A stretch of DNA of 63,119 nt, counting the filler, from Bipalium vagum (Eukaryota), in assembly GCA_037834085.1 (NCBI GenBank). It is 3 parts of 3 records of this genome, joined end to end, with 100 filler letters (N's around TTAATTAATTAA, not from the genome) between each part and the next. Parts side by side here need not be neighbours in the genome. Positions count along the whole stretch, not along the records: positions 46,194 to 63,119 come from JBBMKC010086062.1; 2 more parts are not named here. One strand, given 5' to 3'. Positions within the stretch are counted from its first letter, which is position 1; every line of letters starts with the position of its first letter. Under the pieces are notes generated by a model. It did not search any database, was not told where the DNA came from, and was given only the letters and a program-made list of their open reading frames with translations. The position numbers and the translations under genes were made by a program. Of the stretch, positions 53,879 through 63,119 are shown piece after piece.

Positions 53879-54440
53879 CTACAATTTTATATTTCTCATA
53901 AATTCTCTATGTTTAGTGAAAATATCATTTAATTTTAATTTTTCTTCTATTATGTGGTTGAGGTTATTATTATTAAAGAAATTTTTCCAAAAGTATTCAC
54001 CTGTAATAGTTAGAATACCATTTTTATCAGAAGAATATTTAGGTTCGGAATCATGTATACAAGCGTGAATAACTATAACTTGGATTATGAATTTTAAATT
54101 TATGTAATTTTTTATAAATATTTATTTTACCATCATTATTAATTCTTGAGAATGAATATTTTAATTCAAAACAAATATTATTTTTATGTTCAATAAAATC
54201 AATTCCTTTTTCTTGTTTTTGAAATTCAGACTTTGTTGATGCAAAAACTTCACTGAGTATTTCTTCATAGATAATTACAAATCTAGTTTTTATATATTTT
54301 ATTAAAGAAAATATATATTGATAATCCATTGGAAAAACTTTGTTAATATCAAATTCATAATTAAAATTCCAATTGAATTTAGGCGTAATATTTTTATTTA
54401 TGATTTCTCTGATTTTCTGTCTATCTATTTGTGTGTTCAT
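53879..54440 (-). pseudogene. Intronless PD-(D/E)XK nuclease-like gene (Eco47II-type restriction endonuclease-like) with one frameshift
   Basis: ORF from 54440 contains YEEIL...KGIDFIEHKNNICFELKYS...INNDGK...KLHKFKIHNPSY. After a shift near 54077 it continues open as VIHACIHD...GILTITGEYFWKNFF...IKL* (TAG at 53881-53879). The D-x10-ELK spacing fits the PD-(D/E)XK active site. Confidence 0.55.
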
Positions 54441-54667
54441 TTTTTTTATTTTTTACATAAAAATTTAGTTTTTTCATACTTTTAATCATACTTTTTCAAC
54501 ACGAAAGCTTTGCTTCCTAGAACTTTGTTCGCTTTCAGTGTTAAGAGCGAAGCTCGTATTCTTACTTTTTATATTTTTATTAGTACTTTTCTTTTCATTC
54601 ATAGTTTTCATTTTTTCATAGTAATCATAGTTTTTCAGAGTGAAGCTCTTATGAAACTTTGTTTTAA

Positions 54668-54943
54668 AGTAATAGGGAAACGGCGGACGCATAGACCTAC
54701 AGATACCAAAAATAATTGCATGAAAAAGAGCTTTAGTTTAAAAAAATAAAAATATGAAAAAATCATGAAAAATGTGAAAATATAGTGAAAAAACATGAAA
54801 AAGGCACTTTTACTTTTTTAAAAATAATAAATTTTTGAAAAAAATGGCCAATAAATGTGAAAAAGGCACTTTTTAAAAAAATGAAAAAATCAAAATTTTT
54901 TTGGTACCCTGTAGGTCTATGCGACCGCCGTTTCCCTATTACT
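54668..54943. repeat. GC-rich inverted repeat pair of about 45 bp enclosing nine TGAAAA motifs
   Basis: Left arm agtaatagggaaacggcggacgcatagacctacag-ataccaaaaa (54668-54712). Reverse complement of 54898-54943 is agtaatagggaaacggcggtcgcatagacctacagggtaccaaaaa. Confidence 0.92.
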
Positions 54944-54997
54944 GACGGAGTTTATTTTCCTATCAATTATTAATTTTCACTTTACAAAAAACACAAC

Positions 54998-55029
54998 ACA
55001 TCAAAGCCTCGGCGCCGAGACTTCGATGT
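54998..55029. repeat. 32-bp near-perfect palindrome (hairpin)
   Basis: acatcaaagcctcggcgccgagacttcgatgt. Two mispairs, both G:T on the minus strand. Confidence 0.85.
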
Positions 55030-55112
55030 ATCCATTTAATAATTAATTAATGTTCATTATTATCATTCGTGCCATTGTTATTATTATTATTTGGATGTAT
55101 GAGGAGGCTAAT

Positions 55113-55244
55113 CAGACCTGGGGAATTTTTTTAATTATTTATTTTAAATATTTTAATTATTTTAAAATATTTAAAAAGTAGGAATAAAATTTTAAAAATA
55201 AAAGTATTTTTAAAATTTAATGAAAAAAGAAATTTCCAGGTCTG
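55113..55244. mobile_element. Short MITE-like element with hAT-like CAGACCTGG ends
   Basis: Ends cagacctggggaattttttt and aaaagaaatttccaggtctg around an AT-only interior. No clear target duplication. Confidence 0.5.
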
Positions 55245-55599
55245 AGAAAATTTGTTTAAATATTATTTGTTATATCACTTAATAAATATATTCAAAAAAT
55301 GTCTTCTAATTCTGACTACAAACCAATTGATATTAACAGAATGTATCCGTTCAAAAATAATTTTTCACATTATTAATTAATGTTTTAACAGATGTTTTCT
55401 GTAAAGGTTTTCCATCACCTATACCAACCGAAAACATGATAATTATTTTTTGATCCAAAATTTATAACATTATTGATTGTGTATTCATTTTTATCTGCAA
55501 TTAATATTATTGTAAATTTTTTTTAATAACAATTTTTTTCGGATTTATTAAATCTAGTAATCACATGATTGTCAGATTTAATTGGTATTTAAAGGGATC

Positions 55600-55950
55600 T
55601 ATTAAATTTCTTAAAATGGTAAATGACATCAGACGGCTGTGTTTGGAGATGTCAAACAACAAATGTACAAAATACAGATCATGTGTCAGTAAAAGGATTG
55701 GCTCCTGGATTTCTAATTTTAAAATCAAAATGAAGATAATTATTAAGGTATTTTTAAGGAATGCAAGATATCTGCTCCAGTATATATTCGACTTAGAAAC
55801 TTTTTAAATAACCCCATCACAGTAGGTGACCAAAATAAATCACAACGTTGAATACCATAGAGGAAGAACATATATTGCACCAACGTGGGTTTTAACCATT
55901 TTATATACATCTTTTAAACCGGCAAGGGTATACGCAGAAAAAAGAGCTGG
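55600..55950 (+). mobile_element. Merlin (IS1016/ISXO2-like) transposase fragment
   Basis: SDGCVWRC...VSKRIGSWISN and EYHRGR...WVLTILYTSFKPAR, comparable to Merlin KYHRGR...WVFGIVDTSxxPAR. Confidence 0.7.
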
Positions 55951-56190
55951 AAATTTCTGCCTCGTCCGTCTTACAGCTCAGACTTATGGCCAACCGACTA
56001 TCATCTCTTTCGATCATTGCAAAACCATATTGACAATATGAAATTCAATGACAGTGAAAATATAAAAACTGAGCTTAAGACTTTCTTCAAAGAAAACCTG
56101 CAGTCATTTTAGTTTCGCAGAATTGAAACTTTGCAGCAAAAGTGGCGATACGAGATTAATATTTATAGTGATTATCTAGAAGACTAACTG
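55950..56190 (+). mobile_element. Mariner 3' fragment
   Basis: LPRPSYSSDLWPTDYHLFRSLQNH. Confidence 0.75.
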
Positions 56191-56519
56191 TAATGGTTTT
56201 GTAATAATTGTTTTTTTGTAAAATGTCTAAATTTCACTGTTACAACCTGATATTTTAAACTTTATTGTTTTAATTAAACAATAAATATTGATCTAACAAA
56301 GTAAAATTGAAACATGTCTCATTCGAAAATCCACTATCAAGTTTCTATAATAAAACTCGAATATTTTAGAAATTGAGTAATTATGAAACTGAATATTTAT
56401 AACTTTTTCGAATCGAATATGTTTGATAGATCTTTAATTGTTTTTATTTGCTACACATTAAAAAGACATCAGAGTTATAAAAAGTATCTATTCAAACATA
56501 ACATGATTGCGTAACACGT

Positions 56520-58200
56520 AGCTACCTCTTCAATTAATACTGATTTCTCTTCTTCAGCCATTCAATTCTCCTTATTTTGATTCCTCCTGGACCTGTCAGC
56601 TCAACTTGATGTGGGGATAGGAAGTTTGTGATCTCCTTCATATTGAAAATCATTCTTCTTTCTGTTTTGCGGTTTTTTCCGTAACAATACTTCTTTTCTA
56701 AATGAAAACTAACGTCGACCTCTAATATACGTTTCGAAGTCATTTTATCGGCTGCAACATCTAAGTTTCTTCGAGCTTCTCTAATGATCTCTGTATCTGG
56801 ATAGGTTTGGTCACGGCTGCCAGAATGAAGATTGACTTTCTAGCCCAATACAGTCTCAAATGGAGAAAACTTTGCTGAGCTGTACTGAGTAGCATTGATA
56901 CTAAACTCAATTCTTGGGAGCAATTCGTGCCGATCTTTTTCTTGACAACTGCTCTTTAGTGATATGGTTATCATATCTCGAATCGTTTGGATTGCTCGCT
57001 CGACTAGACTGCTGGACTGGTGCTGGTAAGGTGAACTGAATTCACACACGGTATTGAGGTCTCTCCATTTTTCTTGAATCCAAGAAATCTCAAAGTTCTT
57101 TCTTTGATCTGTTAAAATACTATTCGGTTTGCCAAATCTATAAATCCAATGGTTCATTATTGCCTTGAAGATTGATTGACCATCAAGTTTGGAGATCGCG
57201 CATAGACTAACTAGTTTGCTAAAACGATTAATAATGACAACCATGTATTTTTCCATAAATGCTACATTTACCACGATCTGCTCTAAGAAATGTGAGCTTC
57301 TTCTCGGGATAAGGATTTCTTTAGGGTGCGTTTGATGAATTTTTCTCTTGGCACAAACACCACAGGCTTTTAAACATCGTTTGACTGAATTCCACATCGA
57401 TGGCCAATAGTAATGATCTTTCAGAAAGTTGAATATTTTCTTACTACCAAGAGGACACAGGTTGGCATGAATCTCCATCATAAATTCATCAATAAATCTT
57501 TCTGTGATAATGATAAGATTTCGTTCGTTTCTTGATAAGAGCAACAAGTTAGTATCATTTCAAGTTATCTCTGAAATGATACAAACTGTTATTCCTAAAT
57601 TCTTCAGGGTAATCTCTCCTCTCTTCTGAAAGATATTGAATAAATCCAGATATCAGTTTATCGGCTTTCTATTCGTTTCTTATTCTTGTCAATTGAGGGG
57701 TAATATTATGAACGGCACTGATGTATTATGTTTTTGGCTTTTCAATCTTGGTTTGTTCATGCTCGTTTGGCATTGAGAGCACATCACATGGGAGACTCTG
57801 AACAGGCCATCAGCGTTACTATGATCTTGGCCTTTTCTGTACCTCAATTCAAAATTATATTCTGATAGATTGGCTAACCAAGTTTGAAACAGTGGACTAA
57901 TTCTTCGTAGTGTTCATACAAGCCAAAGCTTTATGATCCGTCCTCACAATATACTGTCTTCCATATAAATACTGCTTGAAATGGAGAAAAAATTCATAAA
58001 TTGATCATACCTCTTTTCTGGTGACACAATATCCAAATTCATGAATAGATAAGTGTCTAGAGGGATAAGCAATCACTGTTTCACTTTCATCTTCCTTCAG
58101 TTGACTCAAAACAGATCCAATCGATTCAAAACTTGCATCTGTATTCTTCTACCATTGACATTGAGCACTCTTGTTCATCATTCCATCTCTCCACTCCTAC
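56520..58200 (-). mobile_element. Ty3/Gypsy LTR retrotransposon pol remnant (RNase H plus integrase)
   Basis: RNase H motifs TDASFESIGSVLSQ, YCVTRKE, YLYGRQYIVRTDHKAL and YRKGQDHSNADGL lie upstream of integrase ORF 56840-57547 (YYWPSM...CGVC...TDQ...YQHQSSSLVER...SPFE). RH followed by INT is the Gypsy order. Confidence 0.9.
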
Positions 58201-59987
58201 ACGATTCAAATTTGGAACACGACTTTCTACCAATATTAATGGGTTCATGAAAATGATTTTTTATTAAAAATCATCGATAACAATGACTTGATTTCAAAAT
58301 GTATTTTGCATTATATTAAGTTTCCTTTGTGAATTGAAGTTCAACAATATTAAAAGATATAAAACGTCAACTTTAAATTACCAGGCAGCGTCAATAATTA
58401 TATCATACTTTGTAAACATTGTTTGTAATAAACAGTTAAACAAATCATCAAAACTTTTATTGTTAATCGTTGGTTTAAAATAAATAATAAAATAATAATT
58501 GTATTGTTGATTTAAATTGTTAAGATGAGTTGCAATATATTGCTAAAATTAAATGATTAATGACAGAAAAAGTAAGTATAAAGGCGGTAACGTAATGTAA
58601 ACCAGTAAAACCTGAGACAACCAATTTGCGAGCATGGCTATTTCGAAGAAACTTTGACTCACTGGACGATCTTTCAGAAAAATCTTTGTCCTGTACATTT
58701 TATACCAAAGCGAATATCAGCTCTTCAATCCAGACCTCAATTGGGAATTAATGGCTTTATCGGAGTTATCCAACGGTTGGATTATCGGTGTCAGTACTCT
58801 AGAAAAATACTGATTAAGCAACTATTATAAATATTATTATTGTTATCTCGAATGCTACTTAATTTATAACATCAATCAACTTGACTTTGGATGGAACTTG
58901 TCCTTTAAGATCTCTTCTCTGTCCTCTCTTGCTTCACAATCATCTTTAACAAATGCGTTGAAATATTCGGCATTGTTTGCTCTTTGATACCATTTTTTTA
59001 TCCATTCAACCATATTTCATAAATTTGAACACATTGTTCTTTCTATATTCATAAACATAGGTTGGGAAGTTTATGAGAAAAAGTTTCACCAAACAAAGAT
59101 CTTTTCTATAATTTTATTTATAATATAATAGTCTACTCGGTTAGTGCATAAAGCAAAAGTGAAACTGTATTAATAATATCGATAAAATATAGCTAAATTA
59201 AGGTAAGGAAAACCTTCAATTATATAGCTTATTTCAACCTAAGGAGTTTTAGTCAATTATTGTTATTTTATTCTTGGTTATGGTTAAACATTAGAGCATG
59301 TTTTGTTTCTTCTGTTTATAAACGACAATCACATATTAGATTGGAGTGCAACTCTGAACATTTGCTAGTTCAATTAATCTGTTAAATGATATAATTCGAA
59401 GTATCACTTTATTACTATAAAAATGTATCCTTTCTGAAATATTGCAGATATTTAATTTGCAAAAAAAATTTCAAAAATATATTCTCTGACTTATATTTAT
59501 CAATGCCACAAAATACATATTTTTTATAAAAATTAAAATCCTTTGTCAATTATTTCATGCGCGAAAATATTTTGACAAAGATGTGTCTATAAATTCATAA
59601 AACGTAATAAATTTTGAAAGCTTGACATGAAAATTCAATTTTTTTGGTTAGAATTATAAAATTTATTTATGAAACGAAATCCGAAATCAGCTATCAACAG
59701 TTTTCAAATAATCATTTTACCATAGATAATTAAGTTTACCATTCAGTTAATTATAATCTGTTCGAATTCCACAAAAATAAATTAATAATAGAATATTTGT
59801 TAAGAAAATTAATAATTTTAATACAATTTCCATTATTTTTTATTTTGTCTTATCTTTTAAAATACTAATAAAATATATATTAATTACATAAAAAAGTTTG
59901 TTTTAAATAATAAATTTAAATTTGCTGGTTTATTTTAAAGTTGGTATTTTCTAATTGTTGTTCATTAAGCTTAATTAATTATTTAGA

Positions 59988-60454
59988 ATGAAGGACATTC
60001 GAAATATCGAAAGCGGACGGGTTGCCTTTATTGCTAAAGGAGAGTTTCAAGGAAAGTTAGGTGTCATTTCTGAAATTATTGACCAAAATAGGGTCTTGAT
60101 TGATGGACCTTTTACTGGAGTCCCAAGACAACCTATTAATATTTCCAGCCTACATCTTACAAGCTTGAAAGTTCATCTTCCACATGGTTCAAGAACACGA
60201 GTGGTTCGCAAGGAATGGCTTAAAGCTGATATTTCTAAGAAATGGGAAGAATCAACATGGGCAAAGAAACTTAAAAAGAAGGCTATCAGAGCCAACCTTA
60301 ACGATTTTGAAAGGTTTCAAGTGAGACATGCTTTGAGAAATGTAAGTTCTATGGCTAAAGTAACTAATCGATTTAATACATTCATGTTTAGAAAAATAAA
60401 TTGATCAACGCTCAATATTATAAAATGAAGAAGGCATCGAAAGTTAAGGCTTAA
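59988..60454 (+). CDS. RPL14: 60S ribosomal protein L14 (eL14); exons 59988-60341 and 60392-60454, 138 aa
   Basis: ESGRVAFI...GKLGVISEIIDQNRVLIDGP...VPRQ...KKWEESTWAKK...LNDFERF. 50-nt intron gtaagt...tttag. Last exon reads KNKLINAQYYKMKKASKVKA*. AATAAA at 60463. Confidence 0.95.
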
Positions 60455-61011
60455 AAACTATTAATAAATTTTGTGGATTTCTTATTTTATTTTTATAATG
60501 TATTTACACATTCGATTTTTGTACGTAACGAATTTTTCGAACTTATCCTATTAATTATTATCTATTATTAAGAAAAACTTGTATCATTGACTAGTATGAC
60601 TTGAAAAGATAAAATTATTACTTTTCACACCTGTTTATTTTATTAGTTTAAAAATATTATAAGTATTCAATATTTTAAAAGAATTAATCAGTACCGATAA
60701 ATTTGCATAACATTAATATCAATGAAAGTTGACAGATTAGTAATTTTTTATATTACGCAAATGAATTTAAAACATTAAAATAGTTGTTTCTTTGAAAAAT
60801 GAACATGTTCAAATTATAATTGTTGTAAAATTTGTGCTTTTGAAAATTATTTTATAGCAAGTAAAAGGTGACAAAATCTTTTAAGAGAAAAAAATAAAAT
60901 ATTTTCATAAATTATTCAAGTTTTTTTCTTAGTATAAGTCGATTATTTATTGTAATTTACTAAATTCACGTTTTTAGTCCTTTAACTAAATTATTGATTC
61001 TTCAAACAATC

Positions 61012-61755
61012 TCAATCTAATAATTGAGATTGAAATGATGATAGTGATCGATATGCGGATGGTGATTTGCAGGGAATTATTTTGACAGCATCCTCCATTT
61101 CTTTAATTCCTGGCATTTCATAGACAGATAGTCCCTTGGTAAGAGTTATGTTACCTGAGAATATAATTAACTTTTGCGATGCAATAGGGGTAACATGAAT
61201 TCGATGCAACATACTCTTCTTAACATGAGGCCATAAAATTATTTTGTGCATATTGTGTCTCAAAAAGAATGACATATTATTCTTTTCTTCTTTCGTTATG
61301 ATTTTTGGATCAGAAAAACCTGAATAATAGATATATGAACTCAATGATGTTCCTGAAATTTGGATTTTCCAGATAGAAGGGACTTCAACACTAAAATATG
61401 CTAATAAGAACGAGTAACCCTGTCGAACACCATTAATATAATATGTGTGACCTATTTTATAATAGGAAATGCACTTTTTGACAACCACTCTAGTTGAAAT
61501 ATCTTTAACCGTTCTTATATTCATCAATCTATACTTATGTTGACAAAATGGACATCTCTGTCTGTTATTAAGATCGTATATTAACAAGCATAAGTAATGA
61601 AAACTGTGACCACAAAAAGGAAGCTGTAGTAATTTTCCACCGTGAAATGCTTGTGAACATAATGAACAGTGGGTTGCACAATTCACACTACGATCAACTT
61701 TTGGTCTGCATAATTCATGATTCTTTGTCATAGTTTTATAATAATATCTTGACAT
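61012..61755 (-). CDS. Intronless RING-H2 finger protein (putative E3 ligase), 247 aa
   Basis: CSLC...CGHSFHYLC...CPFC gives the C3H2C3 pattern. Uninterrupted 744-nt ORF in very AT-rich DNA. Confidence 0.8.
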   Translation of the reverse strand: MSRYYYKTMTKNHELCRPKVDRSVNCATHCSLCSQAFHGGKLLQLPFCGHSFHYLCLLIYDLNNRQRCPFCQHKYRLMNIRTVKDISTRVVVKKCISYYKIGHTYYINGVRQGYSFLLAYFSVEVPSIWKIQISGTSLSSYIYYSGFSDPKIITKEEKNNMSFFLRHNMHKIILWPHVKKSMLHRIHVTPIASQKLIIFSGNITLTKGLSVYEMPGIKEMEDAVKIIPCKSPSAYRSLSSFQSQLLD

Positions 61756-63119
61756 AAGATATTTATATATTAATATGTTACTTAAGATTTGGTATTATTT
61801 TTAAGGAAATATTTTTGGTATTCTTTTTTGCAGTTGTAAATTATTAACCTAACTATTGTCACTTGTATAATAGTTGGTGTTGTCAAACATACATTAAGGA
61901 AATAAAGTATATTTATATTTGAACAATAATATTACAGAATCAGCTCAATCATACTTTTACAATACAAAGAATCGTTTGTGGATGTCAGTGAGAAGATAGT
62001 GCTAAAATTGTTCGAATAAATAGGTAAGAATAAAAACTGATTAATTCTCGAGTTAATGATACATCATCAGTATGGCTTCCATCCATATCTGTTGGTGGTG
62101 ATTTAAATATTTTTCTAAATTCCTATATCTATACATCTAGTAGCTATAGTTGCCAAAACGTCTTGCATAAATGACCAAAATATCCTCTTTAATCTACCAT
62201 TTTTCTATTAATAACATTACATCAGCATTATAATGATGACTTCTTGTAGTTAGGTTCATGTTGTTAGGATCTTGTTCATTTTGGTGGGTGGTAATGCTGC
62301 AGATTACAAACTCATAATCAAGATCCTAGTTGTCTTAACGGTTTCCAGAGACTTTTTCATATCAAATCCAACTACCATCTTCCCCTTAAAAAACCTATCT
62401 ACCTCAACCTTAGATGACAGTTAAGTAATATTTTTTTATATCTTTTCCAAAATTCAATTCTACACGTTTTTCTATGTTTTTTTAAAATAAGAATTTACTT
62501 TACATTGTTTCTATATTATAAATGTAAAGAATTTTCATTAAAATAATATATAAAATTGTTGAAGAGCTGTTCCAATCACATAACATCCGTTAGCAGTGCA
62601 CCGAATGTAATCATCCTGCTCAGGAACATTGATAAGCCATATTTGACATCCACTAACACGACCTGACTTGTATCACGTTTTCTTATACATTTTGCCTGTT
62701 TTCCTTTTTATTCTTCTTCTGGGAAAAGATTCCACTTAGGTTACCCCTTCTTTGATGGCCTCCAAATTTATTTTTCTTCTCAAATTACATATATTATGAT
62801 GAACCGGGTTGGTAGCAAATGGGTTTTCACATCTATTAAATTTAATTCCGTAAGTTTCATTCATTTATTTTCAAAAATTCTTCCTTCATCATTAAGGTTT
62901 TACAGAAGGTAAATTTTAAATATTAAAAAATAAATAACAATATCTAAATAACAATATCTAGATAACAAAAATCTACGAACAATAATCATCCATCTCAGGG
63001 TTCATCATTCAAGGAGAATCAACCTTTAGTAATTTATTTTGCTGCTACAAGTTTATTAGATTTGATTACAAGTCTAAATAAACTTTTATTATTAAATAAA
63101 TAAATATAAAATAATTTTT

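Noticed and set aside
61950-62900. Decayed minus-strand coding-like sequence, possibly TE-derived
   Set aside because: No diagnostic motif could be read with confidence.
1-63119. CRISPR arrays, tRNA/rRNA genes, prokaryotic operons
   Set aside because: No repeat-spacer arrays, cloverleafs or rRNA signatures were seen. Spliceosomal introns show the DNA is eukaryotic.

Overview
This is a very AT-rich eukaryotic scaffold, probably animal judging by its RPL14, septin and DRAK-like genes. It is not prokaryotic. It consists of three blocks joined by artificial 100-nt linkers (N44-TTAATTAATTAA-N44 at 18864-18963 and 46094-46193), plus one ordinary N gap. Host genes reconstructed from GT-AG exons: (1) C-terminal beta-propeller exons of a JIP3/JIP4/ARHGEF17-type protein (+, 36-2089); (2) the first coding exon of a septin (-, 20427-20768); (3) a DRAK/STK17-like (DAPK family) kinase with at least six exons over about 20 kb (-, 46781 to 26481), whose reading frame continues in phase across the second linker; (4) RPL14 (+, 59988-60454, one 50-nt intron); (5) an intronless RING-H2 gene (-, 61012-61755). 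Introns and intergenic DNA are full of decayed transposons: many mariner, Tc1 and rosa-type pieces, a near full-length TIR-flanked Tc1/IS630-like element, pogo/Tigger, Merlin, a Penelope-like element with a hammerhead-like relic, a NeSL/Utopia-like RLE retrotransposon and a Gypsy pol. The least explained region is about 50.8-55.0 kb. It holds an intronless, once-frameshifted ORF resembling a PD-(D/E)XK restriction endonuclease (Eco47II-like, as in large DNA viruses), next to a GC-rich inverted-repeat pair of about 45 bp enclosing nine TGAAAA iterations and a 32-bp near-perfect palindrome. This is a candidate endogenous viral or Polinton-like element, or a Helentron-type end. All family assignments come from motif recognition by eye; no database search was run.
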